Of a DNA stretch of 64,000 nt, positions 56,708-64,000 are shown in pieces. A program made the translations under genes and the position numbers. This DNA comes from Hyalangium minutum (GTDB lineage Bacteria > Myxococcota > Myxococcia > Myxococcales > Myxococcaceae): NCBI RefSeq assembly GCF_000737315.1, contig NZ_JMCB01000016.1, positions 1-64,000 on the forward strand. Direction: 5' to 3'. Positions within the stretch are counted from its first letter, which is position 1; the number at the start of each line of letters is the position of its first letter. Under the pieces are notes generated by a model. It did no database searches. It had not been told where the DNA came from and was given only the letters and a program-made list of their open reading frames with translations.

Positions 56708-57325
56708 TCAATCCCGCCGGTGTGAGCCGGTCCCGCGAGCGTTGTAGACGGTCGCGCCCGAGCGGCCATATTCGGCGAAGACGGCGATCGCTTCGTCCCG
56801 CAGCACTCCGGAGGAGACCCGGATTCCACGGGCCTCGAGCGCTGCTCTCCAGTCCGCGGGCATGGGCCCTTCATCGAAGCCCGTGAGTGCTTCGCACTCT
56901 GGGCCGTCGCCAGCGATGAGCAGGTGCTTGACTCCCGACCAGATGAGCGCGCCGTAGCACATCGTGCACGGGCGCCAGTTGACGACGAGCTCGAGCTCGC
57001 GGCCCCCCGCAGAGCCCAGGTCCCAGGTGCCGAGGCGGGTCTGGGCGAGCGAGAGCGCCATGACCTCCGCATGCACGGAGGAGAGGCCCGAGCTCAACAC
57101 GACGTTGACGCCGATGGAGACCAGCTCGCCCGTCGCAGGGGCAACGACGAGCGCGGCGAACGGCCCCCCGTTGCCTTCCTTGTAGTTGCGCGCCGCGAGC
57201 GTGTGGGTGAGGCGCACGCGCGCTTCGGCGGTCGGCAGGGGCGTGTTGTAGGTGTGCAACTCCTTCACGAGCCAGTCGGGGAGTTGGGCGTTCACGCGGG
57301 TAGCAAAGGGGTGTGTGGCGTTCAT
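56708..57325 (-). CDS. Zn-dependent nucleoside/nucleobase deaminase (CDA superfamily, GuaD-like)
   Basis: GGPFAA, HAE, PCTMC motifs. Confidence 0.88.
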   Translation of the reverse strand: MNATHPFATRVNAQLPDWLVKELHTYNTPLPTAEARVRLTHTLAARNYKEGNGGPFAALVVAPATGELVSIGVNVVLSSGLSSVHAEVMALSLAQTRLGTWDLGSAGGRELELVVNWRPCTMCYGALIWSGVKHLLIAGDGPECEALTGFDEGPMPADWRAALEARGIRVSSGVLRDEAIAVFAEYGRSGATVYNARGTGSHRRD

Positions 57326-57463
57326 GATCGCTCCTTCCTGGGGTGCTCACGACACTTCCGGCAATAAATGGATTCTGGACGGCCCTCCTTCATGGCTTCT
57401 TGAAGGAAGGATGGAAGGCTTGTTGAGGGGTGGCAAGCTGGTGCGCGCACGCCGGACACCGCT

Positions 57464-58780
57464 TCATGGAAGAAGTGGCATCGGCTCGGGCGCTTGGAGC
57501 AGCACCCGCCGCAGCTTGCTGGCGGCTTGTTCGAGCGTGTGAGGAAGACTCAGGAAGTAGACCTTTCTTGCACCATCTAGAGCCCAGGGGTTGCCCGACT
57601 CTGCTGGGGGCGTGCCTGGCTCATCGGGATTGTAGGGATAAGCCAGTGCACCCCAGCTCAGGCTCCCTGGCTGGCCGTAGCGCGAGAGGTACGCCGCCAT
57701 CTGGTACAGATCTTCGCGCTGCGGGCCTCGCCGCGAGGCCTGGCTGGGGTGTAGCCGCTTGTACTTGGCGTCGAGGATCCCTAGCACCGATGCTTTCTTG
57801 AGGACGAGGGCATCGGGCTTGAGCATGCCCAGGGGCTCAGCGGTGAGTTCACTGCGCAGGAGGGCATCCCAGGCGCTGAAATCGAGAGTCCCGTGGCGTA
57901 CCTCGAAGCTCTCGGCAGCACGGCGGAGTGCGGCCAGTACATAGAGTTCCCAGAGCTCAGCCACGTCGAGCAGCACCCCTTGGCAGGTGCCATCGGCTGA
58001 GGAGGAGGAGAGCCCTCGGCGCAAGGCAATCCGCCGGGAGAGCTCCGCGACTGGCTTGAACGCTGCCGTCAGGGGAGTGTAGCGGACGCGCGCCAACTCG
58101 GCGCTGGAGGGCACCTGGGGGTTCGAGCCGGTGACAGCGATGAGATGCGGGAGCAACTCCGCTGCTCGCGAAGGGAGCCAAAAGCTCTCTGGAACCGGGG
58201 CCATCCAGCGCCTCAGCGCCGCGTAGGCCGAGACGATGGCGCGGGCGGTAGCGTTGTCGAGCGAGCGCTCGCGGCGGAGGGACGCCACCTGGGGGCTGTT
58301 CGCAGCCCGGAGGCGCACGGTCCCGGCAACGTCCAACCGACCACGGACCACCAAGCCTACGCTGGCGCGCTCCGTTCGGAGCGCGGGGAGGCCGTGGCGG
58401 GAAGCATCCACGAAGCCTCGGACCCACAGCGCCGCGAGGAGCTGGACGATGAACGACGCATCCGCCTGCACCTGGCCTGGTGTCTCCACCAGAACCAGAT
58501 TGAAGACATGAGCGAGCCAAGTGCGCAGCGTCTCCATCCCAAAGCGAGGGAGGATGGTCAGGCTGTGGCCCTCGAATAGCAGCTCTCCCACGTAGCGCCC
58601 CGCCCACCAGGTTCCATCCCGCTCGCAGTAGACGATGGGCTCGTCCTCATCGCGCGCCCCGCCCAACGGCATCACGTGCGCCTGCGGCTGGGCCTTGCTC
58701 GCGAGCCGCTGCAGCCAGGTCACTTCGTCCGCCGTGGGCGGCGGATCAAAGGGCGAGCAGTCCTGGACGGAGAGCTTCAC
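57464..58780 (-). CDS. mcrC: McrC-family restriction endonuclease subunit
   Basis: RYVGEL, RGRLDV, LWELYV, KPD...LDAKYK, DLYQMAAY; GTGA overlap with mcrB. Confidence 0.88.
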   Translation of the reverse strand: MKLSVQDCSPFDPPPTADEVTWLQRLASKAQPQAHVMPLGGARDEDEPIVYCERDGTWWAGRYVGELLFEGHSLTILPRFGMETLRTWLAHVFNLVLVETPGQVQADASFIVQLLAALWVRGFVDASRHGLPALRTERASVGLVVRGRLDVAGTVRLRAANSPQVASLRRERSLDNATARAIVSAYAALRRWMAPVPESFWLPSRAAELLPHLIAVTGSNPQVPSSAELARVRYTPLTAAFKPVAELSRRIALRRGLSSSSADGTCQGVLLDVAELWELYVLAALRRAAESFEVRHGTLDFSAWDALLRSELTAEPLGMLKPDALVLKKASVLGILDAKYKRLHPSQASRRGPQREDLYQMAAYLSRYGQPGSLSWGALAYPYNPDEPGTPPAESGNPWALDGARKVYFLSLPHTLEQAASKLRRVLLQAPEPMPLLP

Positions 58781-60633
58781 TCAGAGAGCTCCGGCCGAGC
58801 AGTGAAGGTCGTCTCCAGCCCTTCGAGGGCCTGCTTCCGAACCGAGGCGTCGAGTCCGGAGAGGTACTGTTCCAACAGGGGCTTCAGGGACAGCTTCCAA
58901 AGGAGCCTGACTGGCCAGGTGGGCTCCTTGTCTTTCCAGAGGAAGTACTTCTTTTTCTTCGGTCGGGGCCCCAACTCGTCGAGCAGGAAGGAGACGGCAT
59001 CGAGGAAGTAGGTGTGGCCCACTTCGTACTGCTCACCCAGGGCGGGATCCTGACGGATGCGCTCATTCAGCGCGGATGCGGCCGCCTCGAGCAGCTTGAA
59101 GTCCCCCTCAACCTTTTCCCAGGAGAGCCGATTCTGGCCTCCCCGCTCTCTCCAGCGATGCTCCGCTGCGGAGAGCAGCATCTCGCCATCGAATGGGCAG
59201 GGGAGCCACAGGAAGCGGCGGCGCAGCGCGAAGTCAAACTGCTCGACCGACTGGTCGATGAGGTTCATTGTTCCGATGACATACAGATCTCCCGGGATCC
59301 GTAGCTGCATCGGCTCATCATTCTCATCGAGCCCGGGCAGCTCCACCGGCTGCTCGCGGTCTTCCAAGAGGGAGAAGCACTCGCCCAGCATGCGACTCAG
59401 GTCCGTGCGGTTGATCTCATCGAGAATGAGGACGTACGGGAGCCGGGAGGTGAGGGTTGGTTTCTGCCGGTGACGCTGTATCTCATTGATCAAGCGAAGC
59501 AGGTAACCAGGACGGTACTCGGTGGCGCCTTCCGGTGTGAGGTGCAGTCCCCGGATGAATTCCTCATAGGAGTACGCCGGGTGGAGCTGGAGCCGACGCA
59601 CGTGGGTCTTCATCGCGGCGTCGATGAGCTCCTGCTGCGAGAAGTAGTCAGCTGGGCCCAGCTGCTCGAGGGCGGCGGCTCGGATGATGCGTGCTGCGTA
59701 CTCCTTGGCGCGGAAGGTCTTTCCCGTTCCAGGGGGACCGTAGAGGACAAGCTGCTTTTTGTGACGGATGACGTCGAGGGACGCCCCCTCGTCCTCGTCC
59801 CCCTCCAGGCCACTGATCCAGGTGGCATCCAGGGGGCTGTCGTAGAAGTCGAGCCGCTGCCCCGGCAAAAGCTTCTCCAGGGCCTTCCGGATGAGGAAGA
59901 GCTTCCAGTCTGGCTCGTCCTTGAGCTGCAGAGCCGGGTCATTCTGGAGCTTTTGATCTGCGTCATCCTGAGGCTGGGCCAGCTTTTCGAAGGCCTCGCC
60001 GATCAGCCATTTGTCCCGAAGGCTGGTACTGCGCTCGAACTGATCTGGAAAGAGGAGGTGGAGAAGAATGTGCCGCAGCTGGCGGTTCCCTATGTCCTCC
60101 AGCCCGTCGACGAACTTCATGAAGGCCCAGGGCTCCTGGAGCAGCTTCTCCTGTTCGGGTCGAGGGAGCTTCTTCCAGTCGATCATGAACCGGATCAAGA
60201 AGCCGAGTTCGGCCGGACGGCGGGTATTGTAGTTCTGCCCAGGATTGCCGATGCCGTACTCGAACGCTGTTAGCAACCAGTGCCCTTGGGGGATCGAGTC
60301 ACCTGCCCAGCCCAACACCTGGTTGACGAGCTCTTCCTTCCGGGGACGCCCCACTTTGGAGTGGAACAAGAAGTAGACGGCGATGGCCTCGGCCATGAGC
60401 CGGATGACCTCCGGCTTCTCCTTGCCTACCTGATCCTCGAGTTTCTGTTCGAACCTACGCTGCGTGCCATCCCACGCCTCCACAAAGACGGTGCGCAGCC
60501 TGTTCAGGTTCCCGGTCGACCAGACCGTGGCACCCTCAAAGAGCAGGGAGCCATCTTGAAGCAGGCACTTGTCACGGAACTGACGCGCGGCTTCGTAGAT
60601 CGGGCCTCGGTCCTCTTCGTAGTAGCGAGCCAT
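58777..60633 (-). CDS. mcrB: McrB-family AAA+ GTPase
   Basis: GPPGTGKT, QLHPAYSYEEF, LDEINR, GTMNLID (NxxD), ALRRRF; about 290-aa N-terminal specificity domain. Confidence 0.9.
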   Translation of the reverse strand: MARYYEEDRGPIYEAARQFRDKCLLQDGSLLFEGATVWSTGNLNRLRTVFVEAWDGTQRRFEQKLEDQVGKEKPEVIRLMAEAIAVYFLFHSKVGRPRKEELVNQVLGWAGDSIPQGHWLLTAFEYGIGNPGQNYNTRRPAELGFLIRFMIDWKKLPRPEQEKLLQEPWAFMKFVDGLEDIGNRQLRHILLHLLFPDQFERSTSLRDKWLIGEAFEKLAQPQDDADQKLQNDPALQLKDEPDWKLFLIRKALEKLLPGQRLDFYDSPLDATWISGLEGDEDEGASLDVIRHKKQLVLYGPPGTGKTFRAKEYAARIIRAAALEQLGPADYFSQQELIDAAMKTHVRRLQLHPAYSYEEFIRGLHLTPEGATEYRPGYLLRLINEIQRHRQKPTLTSRLPYVLILDEINRTDLSRMLGECFSLLEDREQPVELPGLDENDEPMQLRIPGDLYVIGTMNLIDQSVEQFDFALRRRFLWLPCPFDGEMLLSAAEHRWRERGGQNRLSWEKVEGDFKLLEAAASALNERIRQDPALGEQYEVGHTYFLDAVSFLLDELGPRPKKKKYFLWKDKEPTWPVRLLWKLSLKPLLEQYLSGLDASVRKQALEGLETTFTARPELSE

Positions 60634-60788
60634 AGTGGTGAATGCAGTGAAGACTACCCGAGGTGACGGTGTCTGGCGCGTGCTTCCTCACTAGCCCCTC
60701 CTCAGTCACATCCCTCAAACTCGGACGCGAGCTGGCCATCGTTTCCAAACCCTGGGGTGAACCGCTTCCGCTGCGCGCCTTCAGGCGC

Positions 60789-61244
60789 TCAGTCAGGATC
60801 GGTGGAACTCAGGGCATCGGCGCACTGGGCCAGCAGCGTGGCGATTCGCGCCGCTTCCGCTGTGCCTAAAGAGGAGATCATGGCGTTCTCGACCTCCTCG
60901 ACGGCCCAATGGGCCCTCGCGAGCACTGCTTTCCCGCGAGAGGTCAGCTCGCTGCGCAGGATGCGGCCGTGCTCGGGGTCCGCCTGTCGGACAAGCAGAC
61001 CGTCGCGCTCCAGGTTGGCGAGGATGCCTTGCATCGTCTGCGGCGTGACGAAGGCGGCGCGCGCCAGGCGGGCGTTCGACATACCGGGCTCCAGCTCGAC
61101 CGCCGAGAGGACCGCGTACTGGGGCGAGGTCAGCCCGAGTGGCCGCAGCGCATCGTCCATTCTCGTGCGCAAGGCGTGCTGCGCTCGCTTGAGTGCATAG
61201 CCAAGCCGCTTGGCCATCGGCTCCGGCATCGATGTCGTGGACAT
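60789..61244 (-). CDS. MarR-family transcriptional regulator
   Basis: LTSPQYAVL, SNARLAR..VTPQTM..LERDGLL winged helix. Confidence 0.92.
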   Translation of the reverse strand: MSTTSMPEPMAKRLGYALKRAQHALRTRMDDALRPLGLTSPQYAVLSAVELEPGMSNARLARAAFVTPQTMQGILANLERDGLLVRQADPEHGRILRSELTSRGKAVLARAHWAVEEVENAMISSLGTAEAARIATLLAQCADALSSTDPD

Positions 61245-61279
61245 GTCAGCTTCCTGATATTATATCAGCCTCCTGATAT
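61243..61279. promoter_or_regulatory. Two tandem MarR-type operators ATRTCAG-N4-CTGATAT
   Basis: atgtcagcttcctgatat (61243-61260) and perfect atatcagcctcctgatat (61262-61279) cover the marR start and the divergent promoter. Confidence 0.75.
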
Positions 61280-61297
61280 TAACGGAGGAGAGGACCC

Positions 61298-62008
61298 ATG
61301 GCCAAGCTGATTGGACCCGGCTTCATTGCGCTCCAGGTGCGTGACCTGGAGGCGTCTCGGCGCTTCTACACGGAGCACCTGGGCCTCACCTCGGCTCCCC
61401 AGAGCCCGCCTGATGCGGTCGTGTTCGATACCCAGCCCATCCCTTTCGCGATCCGTCGGCCGCTGGTCGACCTGGCGCTCGTGAACCAGCTCGGATGGGG
61501 GCTGTCCCTCTGGCTCTCGAGTGACGATGCTGACGGCCTGCATGAGCGGCTGGTGGGCGCGGGAGTGCCCATCCTCTTGCCACCCGCGAATGGACCTTTT
61601 GGACGCTTCTTCAGCTTCCGCGACCCGGACGGCTATGCCATCACGGTCCACACGGCGCGTCAGGCGAATCCGCGCACGAGCCTCGATCCAAGTGCGGGCC
61701 ACCTGACTTTGATCAACACCTTCACGGTCGAGCCGGATCGGGCGGACGAGCTCCTGAAGCTCCTGTCCCGGGCGACCGAGGAGACCATGCGCCACCTGCC
61801 CGGCTTTATCTCCGCCAATCTGCATCTCAGCGGAGACCGCCGCCACATCGCCAATTATGCACAGTGGCGCAGCCGGGAGGACTACGACGCCATGCTCAAG
61901 AACCCCGAGGCGCAGACTCACATGCGCGAGGCGGCTGCGATCGCTCAATCCTTCATGCCCGTGTTGTACGAGCTGCGCGAGGCGCACGCGGCCGGCAGCG
62001 AGCGCTGA
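61298..62008 (+). CDS. VOC/glyoxalase plus antibiotic-biosynthesis-monooxygenase (ABM) fusion protein
   Basis: N-terminal VRDLEASRRFY..FRDPDGY; C-terminal LINTFTV..PGFISANLH..NYAQWRS. Confidence 0.85.
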   Translation: MAKLIGPGFIALQVRDLEASRRFYTEHLGLTSAPQSPPDAVVFDTQPIPFAIRRPLVDLALVNQLGWGLSLWLSSDDADGLHERLVGAGVPILLPPANGPFGRFFSFRDPDGYAITVHTARQANPRTSLDPSAGHLTLINTFTVEPDRADELLKLLSRATEETMRHLPGFISANLHLSGDRRHIANYAQWRSREDYDAMLKNPEAQTHMREAAAIAQSFMPVLYELREAHAAGSER

Positions 62009-62030
62009 CCCGCGAGCGGAGATGTCCCGC

Positions 62031-62732
62031 TCAGCCCATCGGCTGCGCCGAGGCCGGATGCAGCGCACAGGCGGCGGTCCCCGCCAGCACGAGCACACCG
62101 GCCAGAATCAGCGGGATGACCAGCCCGCCATGGAAGACCAGCGCGGCGCCGATGGCAGCGCCCGCGAAGATCGCGGCGACACTGCCCAGCCGACGCGCCC
62201 AGTTGGGATTGGTTCCTCCCGCCAGCGTTGAATCCGCCGCAAGGCCCGTCAGGGTCAACGTGAGGACGGTGGTGGTGACCTCGGGGAACTTGAGCTGGCG
62301 AACCGTGGCATTGCGGAAGCCCATGGCGAGCGCCGTCAGCGCGATGATCGCGTAGAGGGCGGGTCTGGGCGACTGCGACGCGATGTCGAACCCGGTGGCG
62401 ATGATGGCCGCGAGCCAGAGCGACAGCGCCTCGATCATTGCCGCGAGCAGGAGCCAGCGCCGCAGTGGCCTGCCGCTTTGCGCCCTGCCGATCTGCCCAG
62501 CGAGTACGGCGCCGGCCAGGAAGAACAGCATCGCGGAGAGAGAGGGCGTGAAGTGGAATCCCGGCGTTCCGACAACGGCGAAGCCCAGGAACACGATGTT
62601 GCCCGTCATGTTGGCGGTGAAGACCTTGCCGAGTCCGAGCACGCTGACTGCGTCGACCAGGCCCGTCGTCACGGACAGCAGCAGGAGCAGCCAGATCAGC
62701 GGCGGGGCAGCGGGGCGGGTGGGAGGGGACAT
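62031..62732 (-). CDS. YoaK/DUF1275 membrane protein
   Basis: GLVDAVS, FTANMTGN, MGFRNA, TTTVLT. Confidence 0.9.
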   Translation of the reverse strand: MSPPTRPAAPPLIWLLLLLSVTTGLVDAVSVLGLGKVFTANMTGNIVFLGFAVVGTPGFHFTPSLSAMLFFLAGAVLAGQIGRAQSGRPLRRWLLLAAMIEALSLWLAAIIATGFDIASQSPRPALYAIIALTALAMGFRNATVRQLKFPEVTTTVLTLTLTGLAADSTLAGGTNPNWARRLGSVAAIFAGAAIGAALVFHGGLVIPLILAGVLVLAGTAACALHPASAQPMG

Positions 62733-62744
62733 GTCCAGTGCCTC

Positions 62745-64000
62745 TCAGACGGCCCAGCAGCCGCAGCCGAGCGCGCCCCAGAAGCCCTGGACGTCGGCGG
62801 CGGGAACAGGGCTTCCTAGAGCCACGGCATGATCATGGCCATGGAGTGTGCACGCACGCTGGCAGCCGCAGGCCGAGGCCTGCTTCGTGTGCGCCTCGGG
62901 CGCCCGCCAGTAGCCGCCGAAGGTCGCGACCGGCGACCAATCGGGCATCGGCTTGGGCATCGGCGGCGCGAGCTTCGCCTCATCGCCCTCCGCGAAGACG
63001 ATCCTGCCGCCAAGCATGGTCAGCACTGAGCGCAGCGTCGCGATCTGGTCCTCGGGCACTGAGAAGTAATCGTCGGACAGCAACGCCAGGTCGGCGAGCT
63101 GGCCGGCCTTGATCTGGCCTTTCTTCCCCTGTTCGTTCGAGAACCAGGTGTTGGCCTCGGTCCACAGCCGCAGCGCGGTCTCACGGTCGAGCCGGTGGGC
63201 CACGGGGGAGAGGCGCAGGCCACCTACCGTCTTCGAGGTGACGAGCCAGGAGAGCGATACCCAAGGGTTATAGCTTGCGACACGGGTTGCATCGGTGCCC
63301 GCGCCGACTGGCAACCCGGCCGCCAGCATCCGCTGGATCGGCGGCGTCGCCTCGGCGGCCCTGGCGCCATAGCGCTCGACGAAGTATTCGCCCTGATAGG
63401 CCATGCGATGCTGGATGGCGATGCCGCCGCCGAGCGCGGCAATCCGGTCGATGTTGCGCTCGCTGATTGTCTCCGCATGGTCGAAGAACCAGTGGAGGCC
63501 GCTGAGCGGGATGTCGCGGTTCACCTTCTCGAAGACATCCAGCGCGCGTCCGATCGTCTGGTCGTAGGTGGCATGAAGCCGCCAGGGCCAGCGCCGCTCG
63601 GCCAGCAGGCGGATGACGGGCTCGAGCTCGGCCTCCATGCTGGGCGGCATATCGGGCCGGGCGACCCGGAAGTCCTCGAAATCCGCCGCCGAGTAGACGA
63701 GCATCTCGCCCGCGCCGTTATGGCGGTAGGTATCGTCGCCGTCGCCGGGCTTCACTTTCGTCGCCCATGTCGCGAAGTCCTTGAGTTCTTCCTTCGGCTT
63801 CTGCGTGAACAGATTGTAGGCAATGCGCAGGGTCAGCTCGCCGTCCCGGTGGAGCTTCTCGATGATCTGGTAGTCCTCGGGGTAGTTCTGATAGCCGCCG
63901 CCAGCGTCGATCACGCTGGTGACGCCGAGACTGTTCAGCTCGCGCATGAAGTGCCGGGTCGAGTTGAGCTGATACTCGGGCGGGAGCTTGGGGCCCTTGG
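62745..64000 (-). CDS. Amidohydrolase 3 family (YtcJ-like) protein, 5' end outside window
   Basis: WRLHATYD, DHAE, GTDATRV, GQLADLALL; C-terminal CGC..HGH..GFWGALGCGCWAV; frame open to the window edge. Confidence 0.9.
   Translation of the reverse strand, partial: KGPKLPPEYQLNSTRHFMRELNSLGVTSVIDAGGGYQNYPEDYQIIEKLHRDGELTLRIAYNLFTQKPKEELKDFATWATKVKPGDGDDTYRHNGAGEMLVYSAADFEDFRVARPDMPPSMEAELEPVIRLLAERRWPWRLHATYDQTIGRALDVFEKVNRDIPLSGLHWFFDHAETISERNIDRIAALGGGIAIQHRMAYQGEYFVERYGARAAEATPPIQRMLAAGLPVGAGTDATRVASYNPWVSLSWLVTSKTVGGLRLSPVAHRLDRETALRLWTEANTWFSNEQGKKGQIKAGQLADLALLSDDYFSVPEDQIATLRSVLTMLGGRIVFAEGDEAKLAPPMPKPMPDWSPVATFGGYWRAPEAHTKQASACGCQRACTLHGHDHAVALGSPVPAADVQGFWGALGCGCWAV

Noticed and set aside
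1-64000. CRISPR array, retron msr-msd, DGR template repeat or rRNA
   Set aside because: All repeats seen are in-frame protein repeats (Ig 279 bp, TPR 126 bp, LGFP 162 bp, MopE) or short operators. There are no repeat-spacer arrays, and no cas or reverse transcriptase genes.
62031-64000. Amidohydrolase-YoaK as a novel system
   Set aside because: A widespread, ordinary gene pair with nothing unusual visible here.

Overview
High-GC (about 70% by eye) DNA from a myxobacterium, probably Cystobacterineae (Stigmatella/Hyalangium/Archangium-like). This is inferred from a MYXO-CTERM surface protein, SitA-type lipoprotein toxins, a myxobacterial Ser/Thr kinase and many lipoproteins. About 45 genes are recognisable. 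1-23 kb: ordinary accessory/core genes, namely an Ig-repeat surface protein, AAA+PD-(D/E)XK protein, two hybrid kinases, two GT-C glycosyltransferases, RluA, PanE, LysR, a secreted papain-fold protease with a partner gene, an FAD oxidoreductase and a Prim-Pol/ATP-ligase pair. 23.1-33.4 kb: a conflict island. It starts at a tmRNA-like 3'-end fragment and holds a complete ISAs1 element (imperfect IRs, 11-bp TSD), a low-GC Hachiman-like nuclease+Ski2-helicase pair, a decayed URI-toxin/Imm26 pair, an intact SitA5-like toxin/immunity pair and a Ser/Thr kinase. 33.5-57 kb: mostly secreted or lipoprotein hydrolases and repeat proteins, including an orphan HrpK-like protein and two cell-wall hydrolases sharing a near-identical LGFP cassette. 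57-64 kb: deaminase, McrBC, MarR/VOC-ABM, YoaK and an amidohydrolase cut by the window end. No CRISPR array, rRNA or intact tRNA was seen. All family assignments come from motif recognition by eye; no database search was run.
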